From Kiritimatiellia bacterium (GTDB lineage: Bacteria > Verrucomicrobiota > Kiritimatiellia > JAAZAB01): a DNA stretch of 64,000 nucleotides. How positions within the stretch are numbered: position 1 is the first letter of the stretch; each line of letters opens with the position of its first letter. The stretch spans positions 224,001 to 288,000 of the forward strand of contig JAXGPF010000005.1 in NCBI GenBank assembly GCA_040767085.1, in the 5' to 3' direction. Of the stretch, positions 28,807 to 39,149 are shown one piece after another. The translations under genes were made by a program, and so were the position numbers. The notes below the pieces were generated by a model. It was not told the origin of the DNA. It was given only the letters and a program-made list of their open reading frames with translations, and made no database searches.

Positions 28807-30270
28807 TCAGAATGACACAAGGTCCCAGGCGTATATTGCGGCGTCCTCCAGGACAATGCGCGCCACCAGCCGGTGATGCGGGACGGGCACGATCCGCGTG
28901 CCATCGCGCCAGGCGACCTTGGCCGCCGGGCAATCGCCATGCAGAGGGATGGCGTCATCCAAGCCGCTGCGTCCGCTGATCTCGATTTTATCGCCGCGCC
29001 CGGCGCGCGCGAACAACTGCACCCGCACGCAGCCCTGCCGGCCGGTTTCGCAGTTCAGGATCAACTCGCAGGGCCGGTCAAGCGCGCCCAGTTCCAGTTC
29101 CACCACGCCCGCCGGCGCGGCCTTGAACCCGAACATGCGCCAGCGGGGCCAACGGGCAAGGCCGATCACGCGCTGCTCGCCGGAGTCCTCGCGCCGGCGC
29201 TGCAAGTCCGGATCAACCTGCCAGTCCGGGGTACGATCCCAGGCATGGCTGTATTGGTCGGCGGTGACATACATCCAATGCTCGGCGCCGGCCGCAACCG
29301 GAGCGCTGGCCACGCCCAGCCAGCCGGCGGCCCACGCCGGACGATCGCCCCCGATAAACGCGGCGCGCCCCGGCGCATGCAGCCAGCGGTCGCGCGGGCC
29401 GTCCTGGTACGCCAGGGTAATGTCCGACATGCCGTAAATCGCGTAATGCTGCGGCGGGGTCTGCGACAAGGGCAGCCAATGCCGGAAATTCTCGATCAAG
29501 CCCACCAGCCCGGCGCCGGCCGGCAGCAGGCCCATCTTGTAATAATCCGTGGAATTAAATCCGCGCGCCCGGGCGATGACATCGTCGAATTCGTCCGGCG
29601 CCAGGGCGCAGGCCGCCTCGCCCCACCGGCCGCCGCTCAGTTCGGCGGTCCAGATGGCGCGGCGGTGCAGCCCGCCGGACAGCCGGACGAACTTCATGGC
29701 GGCGATGCCGCGGTTCCAGCCGGGATGCCAGGCGCTCGTGATCGTATCGCCGGACAGCCAGCGCGCCTGCCGCGCATCCAATTCCCAGCGCAGGCCGTCC
29801 GCCGAATGCGCCGTGAAAAATCCGCCGGACAATCCCCGCGGGTCATCCCCCGCGCCGAGCAGTTGCGGCGCGTAAACCGTGGCGCGGTAACGCGCCGCCG
29901 GCGGCGCGGTCGGATCAACGAAGACCCCGCCGACATTGAGATTGACGTAATTATTGCCCGCCGGCCCGTCGGACACCAACCCCAGCGCCGGCCGGCGCCA
30001 GGCCAGCCCGTCGTCCGATTCCGCGTAAGCCGTGCGGTACCGGCCGCGTTTCGGGCCTTGCCGGGCAAAATCCGGGTCGCACAGGTACCACATCCGTAAG
30101 ATGCCCCCGTCATGCAGAACGGTTTTCACCTGCACCATCCGGCCATCCAATTCCGGGTCCGGCAGAAACACCGGCACATCATCCAGGCGCGCCTGTCCCT
30201 GGATGAAATAAACCCGGCCCTCCACCAGGCTCAGCCGCCGCATGGTTTCAAAAAACACATTCATGTTCAC
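28807..30270 (-). CDS. Hypothetical glycoside-hydrolase-like beta-propeller protein
   Basis: 'RMWY...AYAESDDGLAWRRP.LG' and 'HSADGLRW' Asp-box-like motifs. Confidence 0.6.
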   Translation of the reverse strand: MNMNVFFETMRRLSLVEGRVYFIQGQARLDDVPVFLPDPELDGRMVQVKTVLHDGGILRMWYLCDPDFARQGPKRGRYRTAYAESDDGLAWRRPALGLVSDGPAGNNYVNLNVGGVFVDPTAPPAARYRATVYAPQLLGAGDDPRGLSGGFFTAHSADGLRWELDARQARWLSGDTITSAWHPGWNRGIAAMKFVRLSGGLHRRAIWTAELSGGRWGEAACALAPDEFDDVIARARGFNSTDYYKMGLLPAGAGLVGLIENFRHWLPLSQTPPQHYAIYGMSDITLAYQDGPRDRWLHAPGRAAFIGGDRPAWAAGWLGVASAPVAAGAEHWMYVTADQYSHAWDRTPDWQVDPDLQRRREDSGEQRVIGLARWPRWRMFGFKAAPAGVVELELGALDRPCELILNCETGRQGCVRVQLFARAGRGDKIEISGRSGLDDAIPLHGDCPAAKVAWRDGTRIVPVPHHRLVARIVLEDAAIYAWDLVSF

Positions 30271-31865
30271 CGCACATTAAAAAGCATGCCCTGCGCCACA
30301 TATTCATAGCAGCCCATGTCAACCAGCCGGCTGAAACGGTCCAGCCGGGGCCGGCCATCCAAATCCGTTGCTTGGCTCATCCACGCCTGGTTCGACCCGG
30401 AATTGATGCAGAACGAGCCATGGCCGAGCCTGAAATTCGCGCCGGCCGGAGACACAAATTGCGGTTCGGAATCAAAGCTTACGGCAACTTCCGTCAGGCC
30501 GTTGGTCGGCGCCATGCATGAATTAGTAAGCGTTATAACCCCGCCAGCCGACAAGAACCAGTTGGACGAACTCGTGCCGGCGGAATTGCCGTAAACAATC
30601 GAATTATTCAAATTCAGCGTGCCGGTATCGCTGATCCATACACCGCCGCCGACACCGCCGCCATCCGGCGCTGAATTGCCGGCAATCGTGGTATTCCAGC
30701 ATTGCGCCAGGACGGACGCGCCGACATGCAGTCCTCCGCCGCGCCGGTCCACACTATTGGCCGCCTGATTGCCGGCGATCAGGCAATTATATAAGACGGC
30801 GTTAGCATCAAGTTGTATGCCGCCGGCGTGACTAGAGCTGATGTTATTGGCAACCTGGCAATTGCTGAAACACACCCCGCCGGAACCCGATTGGACATCC
30901 AATCCGCCGCCGCCCACGGCTGTGTTTCCGTCAATCCGGCAATTGACAAACAGGGCATCCGCCGCAATATATACTCCCCCGCCGGTGTCGGCACTGCAGG
31001 CATTGGATACTATGTCGCAATTCCAATATTCGCCGGGGCTGGCGAGATATATTCCACTGCCGCGGCCGCTGCTTCGATTGCCGGCGATCAGGCAGTTGGT
31101 AAATACGGCCGTGCCGGAATGTTGCACGCCCCCGGCATATGAGGCATTGGTATTGCATAATATCCTGCAATCATTCACCAACCGGTTGGGCAGCGCGCTG
31201 GCAATGTAAAGGCCCTTGCCATTATTGCCGGATATGACGCAGCTTCGAATGGTTACATTTGACCGCGCAACAATCATACCGCCCACCGGGTTATTGATGA
31301 TCCCGGTGTTTTCAATGAAGACCGATAAATCCTCGCCGTTGAAAGCAAATGAGGCGCCAATACGCACTGCCGGATCGACATTATTGGATGTCACAATACA
31401 ATTTTTTATCCAGGCGCCTTCCCGTTCCACCCGGATGGCGGAACCATTTGCGGCATTGCCGCCGATGACCGTAAACCCGTCCAGCATGGCATTGGTTGAC
31501 GCGCCGGCGGTTTGATTCTGGAAGTAAACACATTGCACGGCGTTGCTGCCGTCAATGAAGGTCTCTTCCGGGCCCTTGACGCTTTGCAACACAATATTCT
31601 TATTAATAATCAACGCGGCCTTCAGGTAGTAATGTCCGTTGGTCACCAGCACCGTGTCGCCGTTGGCGGACTTGACGATGGCGTTGGAAATCGTGGCGAA
31701 AGCCTGGTCCCAACCGCTGGTCCCGTCATGGCCGCTATCCGCGCCGCCCGGGGCAACAAACCAGGTAGCCGCCGACAAAGGGGAAGCCAACAGACCAACC
31801 AGCAGAATCAGCCCTGTAATCGGCGATGAGCAGACACGTTTACAGACGTAATTTTGGTTTTGCAT
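30267..31865 (-). CDS. Secreted right-handed beta-helix protein with a choice-of-anchor Q-like end
   Basis: Signal peptide, repeated 'NC.I..N...GGG', 'DLDGRPR....VDMGCYE'. Confidence 0.8.
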   Translation of the reverse strand: MQNQNYVCKRVCSSPITGLILLVGLLASPLSAATWFVAPGGADSGHDGTSGWDQAFATISNAIVKSANGDTVLVTNGHYYLKAALIINKNIVLQSVKGPEETFIDGSNAVQCVYFQNQTAGASTNAMLDGFTVIGGNAANGSAIRVEREGAWIKNCIVTSNNVDPAVRIGASFAFNGEDLSVFIENTGIINNPVGGMIVARSNVTIRSCVISGNNGKGLYIASALPNRLVNDCRILCNTNASYAGGVQHSGTAVFTNCLIAGNRSSGRGSGIYLASPGEYWNCDIVSNACSADTGGGVYIAADALFVNCRIDGNTAVGGGGLDVQSGSGGVCFSNCQVANNISSSHAGGIQLDANAVLYNCLIAGNQAANSVDRRGGGLHVGASVLAQCWNTTIAGNSAPDGGGVGGGVWISDTGTLNLNNSIVYGNSAGTSSSNWFLSAGGVITLTNSCMAPTNGLTEVAVSFDSEPQFVSPAGANFRLGHGSFCINSGSNQAWMSQATDLDGRPRLDRFSRLVDMGCYEYVAQGMLFNVR

Positions 31866-32025
31866 GATAGTCCCCCTTCGCATCATTGATTGAACAATTG
31901 TAACATTCAGGCCATTGGCGTCAACGATTTCCGGCGGCGGAATACCGGACCAATCCTGCCAGCGGCCGGCATTCACAACAAAGCGCCGCTGCCGCGGCAT
32001 GCCGGCCGGTTGCATCCCGGAAAGA

Positions 32026-35000
32026 TCACGGTTCATATTCCGTCGGTGTCATGCCCCGCTCCATCTGCACGGCATCCACCCACATGTTATCGCCCGGATT
32101 GCCTATAATCCAGATATAAAACATGTTGCGATGATACAAGCCTGGCGGAATGATATCCGCCACATAATACCGCCGCCACTCGGTTGTTAATTCAAAAGTT
32201 TCGCCTTTCCAGGACGCGGAATTGATGCGAGCCTTGACCCCCGGCCGATTGGCGCGCATATACGCCGAAAAGACGTATGGTTCCGGCTGGGACACCTGGG
32301 GCGACACGGTGATGCTGAGCGCATCCCGATTGCCGATCCCGGGGATATCGTCTTCGCTGATTACCCGCAGGCATAGATTACCGTGAAAAGGATTGTCGTT
32401 GACCGCCGTGAAGAACGGCGCCGGACCGCCAAGCCGGTTTTTCGGTGAAAACTTGTGTTTGCGGTTGATGACCCAAACGTAATCGGGCCAGCCCGGCAAT
32501 GAACATTCCTCAAAGCTGGAATTCGGCAGAATATTTTTCCGGTCGGGACGCCCCCTGGTGGTAAAGCCCGGCGGCTCCGGCGCGAATTGTTCCGGGTGGC
32601 CGTCCGACCTGACCATGATTTCCGGCGGCGCGGAGCCGTCATACGTGTACGCGCAGGTGGCATAGCCGGCCAGGGAATCCTGCAAGGCGCCATTTTTGAC
32701 GGTGTATGACTTATCGTCAAACAAACCGGCAAGCGTCGCTCCATCTTGAACGCCCGCCAATTCAAAGGCCGCATCTACCGGATACGGCATGCTGTTGGCC
32801 GCAAGGAGCGTATATCCGCCCGCGGGATTGGCGAACAAGGCCGCCTGCACTTCCGGAAAAATATTATTGGATGGGTCCAACTGCCCCGGCGCGTAGGCGA
32901 TGGCGCACGACGGAGCCGGGGCCACGATCATCGGCCCCAACACCCGCATTTCAGCGCCCAACTCGGCCAGGATGTCAAAAGTGGCCTGGTGTCCCACCGG
33001 GTAATACCAGTAAACAATCCCCTTCGCGCCATGAATCAACGCCAGGTACGTCTGCACCCGCTGTTCGCGGGGTAAAAGCGCCCGTTTGTATGTTCCGCTG
33101 GTGCGTTCCGCCTGCGGCACAATCATGATCGGCTGGCGGAATCGCGCGGGCGCGGCCAGCAAATTGATTTCATGCGTCCTCCGGCTGACCCAGTTGGGCG
33201 AACCGATATGGGTCGGACGGCCCGGCGTCCAATAAGGATCGGTCATCAGCACGTCAAACCAATCGGTATATTTATCGCCGGCCGGGATAAACGAGGAATA
33301 ATTCACAAACGCAGGACGGTATCCGTCCGCCTGCCGGATGATTTCATACACGGCGCGCCCGGCAACGCTGACATCATACACCGTATATCTTGGTTCGTCC
33401 CAGGCAAAGTACCCCATGATATTAGGCAAATCACAAACCGACTCAACCCCCTTGACGATCAATGGCGCCTGGCTAACCATAATATCATCCAAAACCATTT
33501 GCGTGGCCCGCGCATGCCCGGCTTTTTTCAGCCGGGCATTCACGGCTTGCGCGGATTCTTTGGCCGGGCCAAAGAATTGCCGGGCATAGGGAATGAAATC
33601 CAGATTATGCCGGGCAGCCATTTCCGCAAATGATTGCACATCCCGGTAATCCCCGGAGCCGCGATTCCAATGGACGATACAATTGAACACCTGCCCCAAT
33701 TCCCGCCATTCCGCCGCGTCGTCAAGATTGATCAACGCGCAAATGCCAAATGGGAAATGCGGGCGGCCGTTTTTCATCAAGACCCGGTTGACATGGTCAA
33801 TCTTCCATTCCAAGCCCGGCCGCGAAGCTTTTTTATCCAGGAACACTTTCTGCCGGGCAACCAGGGCATCATCCGGCAAACAAAGCTCCACTTTGACAGC
33901 ATGCCGCCCTGCGACCAAGCCGGCCAGGGGAATTTCCAGAACGGTTGCATTCCCGGACACCGCCGCAGACGCCATCACGCCGCCCGACGAATCCCGCGCT
34001 TTCAGGCGCAAGTTCTTGTTCAGGGGATTTTTTACCGTCGTCAGACAAATAATTTCAGCGGCCTTTTCGTCCGTGTAGAACGACCGGCCGGCATAAGCCT
34101 TCAACAAGTCCATACCCGCCATTCGATCCGGCGCCAGCTCCGCCGATTGCAGCAAGGCGCCGCTCAGCGCATCCCGCACCGTCACCCGCAGCCGACTGGC
34201 GCCGGGATGCTTCACCGGCACGCGCAACGGCTCCAGGCGTTTTTCCCCTCCCTGGAAAGACAACGCCGTCCGCCACTCATGCGGCGCGGCCGCATCCGGT
34301 ATTTCGCAAATCGCCACCTCCGACGTGCCCGGCGTGTCGAAAGCGTTTGCCAACTCCAATTGCACCGTGCATTCCTTCCGCATGATATCGTAATCGCTGA
34401 CGGTAATATTGCCCAATATCGGAAAAAATGGAGCATTGACTGGAATGTCGCCTAGTCCTTGCATGGGGATGAAATGTTCCGGCTCGTGATAACTGCGGAC
34501 CAACGGCGCCCAACTGGCATGTTCCCGCTCGTGTCCCATGGAGACATCCTCCACCGTGCTGATTGGGATCATGCGATTGATGCAAAGGTTTATCCGGGCT
34601 TGCTTCAAATCGCCGCTGGATGACAGCAAAGCCAGGGGGATGGCGATTTCGGCATTCCATCCCTTGTCGGTCAATTTTGCGGCATAACGCCAGGGAATCG
34701 GCCGCTGAATCTTTGATGTTATATCGCTCCCGGCGGCGATATTCCTTCGCGCGCCGCCGTAGCCCGCGGCGTTCAATCCAAACTGGTAATATACTTGGCC
34801 TTCCGCGCCCGGATCGACAAATACTTCAACGGAATCATCCCGGATTACATCCAGACTCCTATCCAACACCCTGGTGATGATTTCCGACGGTTTGGGATGA
34901 ACGATTTCAAACCCGACAAACAGCCAGGTATTGTCCGCCATGAGCATGGCGCGCTGTTCAGTCATGACGTCATTGCCCCCCAGGCGGCGGAATCCTCGAA

Positions 35001-35202
35001 TTTCCGCCGCCTGGCGCCAGGCCGCATCCCCCAACTCACCATCCAGAGCCGGCATACCGACGGCCACCGGTATTTCGCATTCAGCAATGAGCGGGCCATC
35101 CGCCCGGGCCGCGGCCGGCCAGAGGCTGATAATATTCACCAGGCCCATTCCGAGGATTAACCTGACCGAACTTGTGATCTTTGTTTGGATTGGATTGAGC
35201 AT
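32026..35202 (-). CDS. Large secreted multidomain carbohydrate-active-like protein (CBM9/DOMON-like, TIM barrel, CBM4-like)
   Basis: 'PALDGELGDAAW', 'DSVEVFVDP', 'WNAEIAIPL', 'YFAWDEP', 'ALIHGAKGIVYW', 'NILPNSSFE'. Confidence 0.7.
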   Translation of the reverse strand: MLNPIQTKITSSVRLILGMGLVNIISLWPAAARADGPLIAECEIPVAVGMPALDGELGDAAWRQAAEIRGFRRLGGNDVMTEQRAMLMADNTWLFVGFEIVHPKPSEIITRVLDRSLDVIRDDSVEVFVDPGAEGQVYYQFGLNAAGYGGARRNIAAGSDITSKIQRPIPWRYAAKLTDKGWNAEIAIPLALLSSSGDLKQARINLCINRMIPISTVEDVSMGHEREHASWAPLVRSYHEPEHFIPMQGLGDIPVNAPFFPILGNITVSDYDIMRKECTVQLELANAFDTPGTSEVAICEIPDAAAPHEWRTALSFQGGEKRLEPLRVPVKHPGASRLRVTVRDALSGALLQSAELAPDRMAGMDLLKAYAGRSFYTDEKAAEIICLTTVKNPLNKNLRLKARDSSGGVMASAAVSGNATVLEIPLAGLVAGRHAVKVELCLPDDALVARQKVFLDKKASRPGLEWKIDHVNRVLMKNGRPHFPFGICALINLDDAAEWRELGQVFNCIVHWNRGSGDYRDVQSFAEMAARHNLDFIPYARQFFGPAKESAQAVNARLKKAGHARATQMVLDDIMVSQAPLIVKGVESVCDLPNIMGYFAWDEPRYTVYDVSVAGRAVYEIIRQADGYRPAFVNYSSFIPAGDKYTDWFDVLMTDPYWTPGRPTHIGSPNWVSRRTHEINLLAAPARFRQPIMIVPQAERTSGTYKRALLPREQRVQTYLALIHGAKGIVYWYYPVGHQATFDILAELGAEMRVLGPMIVAPAPSCAIAYAPGQLDPSNNIFPEVQAALFANPAGGYTLLAANSMPYPVDAAFELAGVQDGATLAGLFDDKSYTVKNGALQDSLAGYATCAYTYDGSAPPEIMVRSDGHPEQFAPEPPGFTTRGRPDRKNILPNSSFEECSLPGWPDYVWVINRKHKFSPKNRLGGPAPFFTAVNDNPFHGNLCLRVISEDDIPGIGNRDALSITVSPQVSQPEPYVFSAYMRANRPGVKARINSASWKGETFELTTEWRRYYVADIIPPGLYHRNMFYIWIIGNPGDNMWVDAVQMERGMTPTEYEP

Positions 35203-35222
35203 AATATCCCCTCTTTATCATG

Positions 35223-38200
35223 TTAAGGTAAATTTAACGATTGCCGGCCGCCCAAGACCCAGAAAATAACCCGGTTGGGTGGAATGGATAATCCGGCGCG
35301 GCCGTTAAAGTCCTTGACCACGCCGTGTGAAAAATCTGCCAGCAAGGGCGGAATGCGTTCATCATGCCAGCTCAGGTCAACATTGATTGCTGCGTCCGTC
35401 GGATTGTAAACGCCCAGGACATGCAAGCCGCCGTCGGACACCAGCAGGCTGGAATCCAGCGCATCCGCGCCTTCCCCGGTCAACTGGACCACGAAATCTC
35501 CGGCCAAATCATCAACCAGGGCGCGGAAAAATCCAGCCGGGCCGGAATCATCAAGGCGTTCGCTCAGCCAGACAGGCAAGTAAAGCAGGCGGCCCTTCCC
35601 CACATTGCGTTCGAACACCACCGGCCGGCCGGCGGTGGATGTCAGGCGCACCTTGGCGCCGTCCGGTTCCGCGGCCGTAATCTTGCCGCTGAAATTGAAG
35701 GCGCCAGCCCCGGCCACGCTCAGTTGAATTTCCTCCGGCGCGCCGGTCCGCCGGACTCCGGCCAGGCCCTGCATGATTGGATTATTCAACACTTCACCTT
35801 CGGCCAAGACGCAGCCGCCCTGTTGCAGATAGTCTTGAATGATTGCGGCCATGTCATCCGCGAGGGCGTCATACGACGCCAGGACCAGGACGGGGTATTC
35901 CTTCAGATTATCCATGGTGAAATATTTGGACATAACCAGGTCGCATTGAAAATTATGCAGATACACGATGCCCTGCAGCCGGATGTCATATTGCGTGCCG
36001 AAATAATCGCCGGCGGCTTTTACCCAGCGTCCCTGGCGGATATCCTCAATCATCCCGGCGCGGTCGCGCAGCAGGGCGGCGCGTTTCGCCGGACGGGCGC
36101 GGGCAATCAGGTCGCCCAGCCCGGTATATTCATAAAACTGAAGGTTGCGTTTGGCTTCGTCGTAATATTCCGCCCAGGTATCGGTCCGACAGGGCGGAAA
36201 CACAATCAACGACTGCAAGCCCCACATCATCTGGTGGTCATGCGCCGTGCCCAGGTCGCGGGTGAGTCCCATGGAAAGGAACCCGGTAGATCCGCGATTA
36301 TCGAACATGGCGCGCATCAGCTTGCGGAACCACTTGAAGCGGTTGCAGGGTGGTCCCCAGATATCCATGGACTGCATGTCGAAAAATTCCGCGTGGAGTT
36401 CCCAGTCATGAGGCCCGCCTTCAAGGCGGGCGATGGTGGAAGCGGCATCGCTGTCCCCGACAATGATCTCAGGATTGACAGCCTTGATAGCGCGGGTCAT
36501 ATCCCGCACCAGATCGGTATAGACATCCATCTCGAAGAAAACGGTGTTGTGATGGGCGGGATCGGCCAGTGATTCCACCCGCGCGGGAGCGGCCGGTTCC
36601 ATGCCGTATTTAGCCTGAAAGGCCTGCCGGCCGAATTCGCGCACATGCCCGGCGGGATCGTGCGGATTGGCAATCATGTATTTGGTTTCTTCAAACAACC
36701 AACACATGTCCAGATCGTAGGCGGCGATTTCCTCGGCGGCGCGGATGGCATATTCACGGAATCGCAGCAAATCCGCCTGCGACTCGACGAATCCCGGCGG
36801 CGCCTTATCTCCGAAAAAAATGCTGTTGCCGGAGGTCTTGCCAAGTTTCGACAACATGCCGGTGCCGCCCCACTGGACGCCCATGCCCCGCGCATGCGCC
36901 AATTCCAGCAGTTTGCCCAGGTATTCCGAACGCGGATCAGCGTTGTCCAACCAGCGGCTTTTCCAGAACGGCCCGGCGGCATAGACGCTCAGGTAATTGC
37001 CGCCGCGGCGTCGCACCCAGTCCAGCACATGCGGCAGATTTTCCCACGGGGTTGCGCCGCCGGTATACAGCGGCTGGGGGCGGCCCCGCGCCGCCAGGCC
37101 GTCGTGGTATCCGCGGATTAACTCCCGGTTTAGCCGCGGAACTCGGGCTGACGGCGGAACATCTTCCCTTTTTTGCACCGGCGCCGTCAACACCAGGGCG
37201 GGATTATTCAAGGCTCTGGCTTCACGCGGAAACGGCAGCCAGCCGCTGCCTTCCGGCAGGGGCAGCCAGGCGCCGCGCAAGGCGTTGGTCAGAGCGGCCC
37301 ATTCCGCCTCAACAGATAAATCCATATCCGATTGGACGGCGCGCAGAGACGGCGGAAAACATCCGTCAAATATTTCGCCGACGGTTTGCCCGGTTTGAGT
37401 ATCCTCCAAGGCATACCAATCCCCGTCAGCGGAAGCCGCGGCCTCGCGCTGCGCCAACACCCCGGCCCGGCTGCATGGAAATCGCTCCACGGCATCCGGT
37501 TTGGCCCAGCGCAGGATATCGGGGGGGGTGCCGGCGCCATGGCCGTAGCCGCCGCGGCCTGGCATCCAGTCGGTTGTGATTTTCAAGCCGCTGCCATGGG
37601 CCCGCCACTCGAGCGACCGGGCGCCGTTATAAAGCATGATGCTTATGATTGGCTGACCGTCATCTCCGGTATATTCAACCACCGCCCGCACCGGTCCGCG
37701 TTCCGCCACCCGGCATCCGGTTATCCGCGCGCCCCGCACATCTATCCGGCTGCCGGGATAACCGTTGCCGTCCGGCCATTGCCCGTGTGAATCGCTCAAT
37801 TGATTCCCCCCGGGATTAAACCGGGGCGCCAGATACGCCAGCCGGGGCTCGGCCCGGCGCAGCACGGCGCGCAACCGGCAATTAACGAGTTCGATCCGAT
37901 CATCATATTCCTGCACTATCAGGTCGGCCTTGCCGTCCGGGGGGGGCTCGCCCGCGCCGCCGCAATAAACAAAAAACAGGCGATGCTCATGCGCCAGGAA
38001 ATCGGCTGCAAAAACAACTTCAACCAGGTTGGTATTCGGGCTGGTTGGGCGCAATTGGAAAGGCACATCTTCGCCCCAGGGCGTCGCCACCCGCACAGAA
38101 TCGGACGCGGCGCCGCCTAAATCTATGGAAACCAACGCCGGCAAGGCAGCGCGGTCCATCCCCGAAGGCTCGAACACCAGCACCGGCACGCGCCGCGTCC

Positions 38201-39149
38201 AACGGGCATCCCGCCACGGGATGGATGGGGACGCGCGCAGATACAGCTGATTTATTTCAAGCATGCGGTCCGAGGGCGCATCCAGCGCCGGATAAGAAAA
38301 CAACCTTTGCATCGTTTCTTCCTGCGTGGATTCCGCGGGATTCATTTCCTGCGCCTGCAGCGTCAACCCGCCGAAAACCGCCGTCAACAGATTTTCCGTC
38401 CACCGCTCAATGATCAAACGCGGATGATTGTAAACCCGGGGACGCAGATTAAGCACCGGCATGGCGCCGAAGATCACCCGTCCGGCGCCCTCCACGCCGT
38501 CCTGCACAGCCATGGCGGCGCGCTCCGGGTAGTCGCGATCGCACATCAGCGTTTTGACTCCGGCGGCCCGATCGGCGGCCGTCAGCGTGAAATAAGCAAA
38601 ACCGGCCGATGGCGGCATGCGCTTGACGTCTTTGGCCATGATGGCGGCCAGATCGTTGGGGGTTTTCAACAACAAGTGATTTTCACCGGCAGCAAGCGTC
38701 ACGTGGTAGCGATCAGGCGGCACTGCCCGCGATGGCACGCGCACGCCCAATTTTTCCAGCGTCTTCGACGCCTGTCCGGCCAGCGGAAACGCCATATGAT
38801 GCAGATACAGCGTACCGCCGGCTTTGAAAAAAGACGCCAGCGCGGATTGGGTTTCCGGGCGCAAGAGGATATCGGAACGCGCCAGCATCCATAAAGGCGA
38901 TTGCATAGCCGCCTGTTCCCAGCCGGGGACAAGATCGTCAGGAGCGCAAGCGACAATTTGCAATCCGTACCGGGATGGAATCCATTCCGGGCTGCTCATA
39001 TGGTCGCCGGTCGTATCGGGATTGCCTTTTTGTCCGATGGCGGTTTGATAAACAAAAACGCTCTGCTTGAACTCATGCGCGTTTGTTCCGGCGCGGACCG
39101 ATCCCGCGGCCAGCAGTATTGCAAAATTTACGGCAAATGTTTTATTCAT
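35223..39149 (-). CDS. Large secreted glycoside-hydrolase-like protein with a C-terminal glutamine-amidotransferase-like/beta-galactosidase trimerisation-like domain
   Basis: 1308 aa, signal peptide, 'LKEYPVLVL...IQDYLQQGG.VLAEG...PVVFERNVGKGR'. Confidence 0.6.
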   Translation of the reverse strand: MNKTFAVNFAILLAAGSVRAGTNAHEFKQSVFVYQTAIGQKGNPDTTGDHMSSPEWIPSRYGLQIVACAPDDLVPGWEQAAMQSPLWMLARSDILLRPETQSALASFFKAGGTLYLHHMAFPLAGQASKTLEKLGVRVPSRAVPPDRYHVTLAAGENHLLLKTPNDLAAIMAKDVKRMPPSAGFAYFTLTAADRAAGVKTLMCDRDYPERAAMAVQDGVEGAGRVIFGAMPVLNLRPRVYNHPRLIIERWTENLLTAVFGGLTLQAQEMNPAESTQEETMQRLFSYPALDAPSDRMLEINQLYLRASPSIPWRDARWTRRVPVLVFEPSGMDRAALPALVSIDLGGAASDSVRVATPWGEDVPFQLRPTSPNTNLVEVVFAADFLAHEHRLFFVYCGGAGEPPPDGKADLIVQEYDDRIELVNCRLRAVLRRAEPRLAYLAPRFNPGGNQLSDSHGQWPDGNGYPGSRIDVRGARITGCRVAERGPVRAVVEYTGDDGQPIISIMLYNGARSLEWRAHGSGLKITTDWMPGRGGYGHGAGTPPDILRWAKPDAVERFPCSRAGVLAQREAAASADGDWYALEDTQTGQTVGEIFDGCFPPSLRAVQSDMDLSVEAEWAALTNALRGAWLPLPEGSGWLPFPREARALNNPALVLTAPVQKREDVPPSARVPRLNRELIRGYHDGLAARGRPQPLYTGGATPWENLPHVLDWVRRRGGNYLSVYAAGPFWKSRWLDNADPRSEYLGKLLELAHARGMGVQWGGTGMLSKLGKTSGNSIFFGDKAPPGFVESQADLLRFREYAIRAAEEIAAYDLDMCWLFEETKYMIANPHDPAGHVREFGRQAFQAKYGMEPAAPARVESLADPAHHNTVFFEMDVYTDLVRDMTRAIKAVNPEIIVGDSDAASTIARLEGGPHDWELHAEFFDMQSMDIWGPPCNRFKWFRKLMRAMFDNRGSTGFLSMGLTRDLGTAHDHQMMWGLQSLIVFPPCRTDTWAEYYDEAKRNLQFYEYTGLGDLIARARPAKRAALLRDRAGMIEDIRQGRWVKAAGDYFGTQYDIRLQGIVYLHNFQCDLVMSKYFTMDNLKEYPVLVLASYDALADDMAAIIQDYLQQGGCVLAEGEVLNNPIMQGLAGVRRTGAPEEIQLSVAGAGAFNFSGKITAAEPDGAKVRLTSTAGRPVVFERNVGKGRLLYLPVWLSERLDDSGPAGFFRALVDDLAGDFVVQLTGEGADALDSSLLVSDGGLHVLGVYNPTDAAINVDLSWHDERIPPLLADFSHGVVKDFNGRAGLSIPPNRVIFWVLGGRQSLNLP

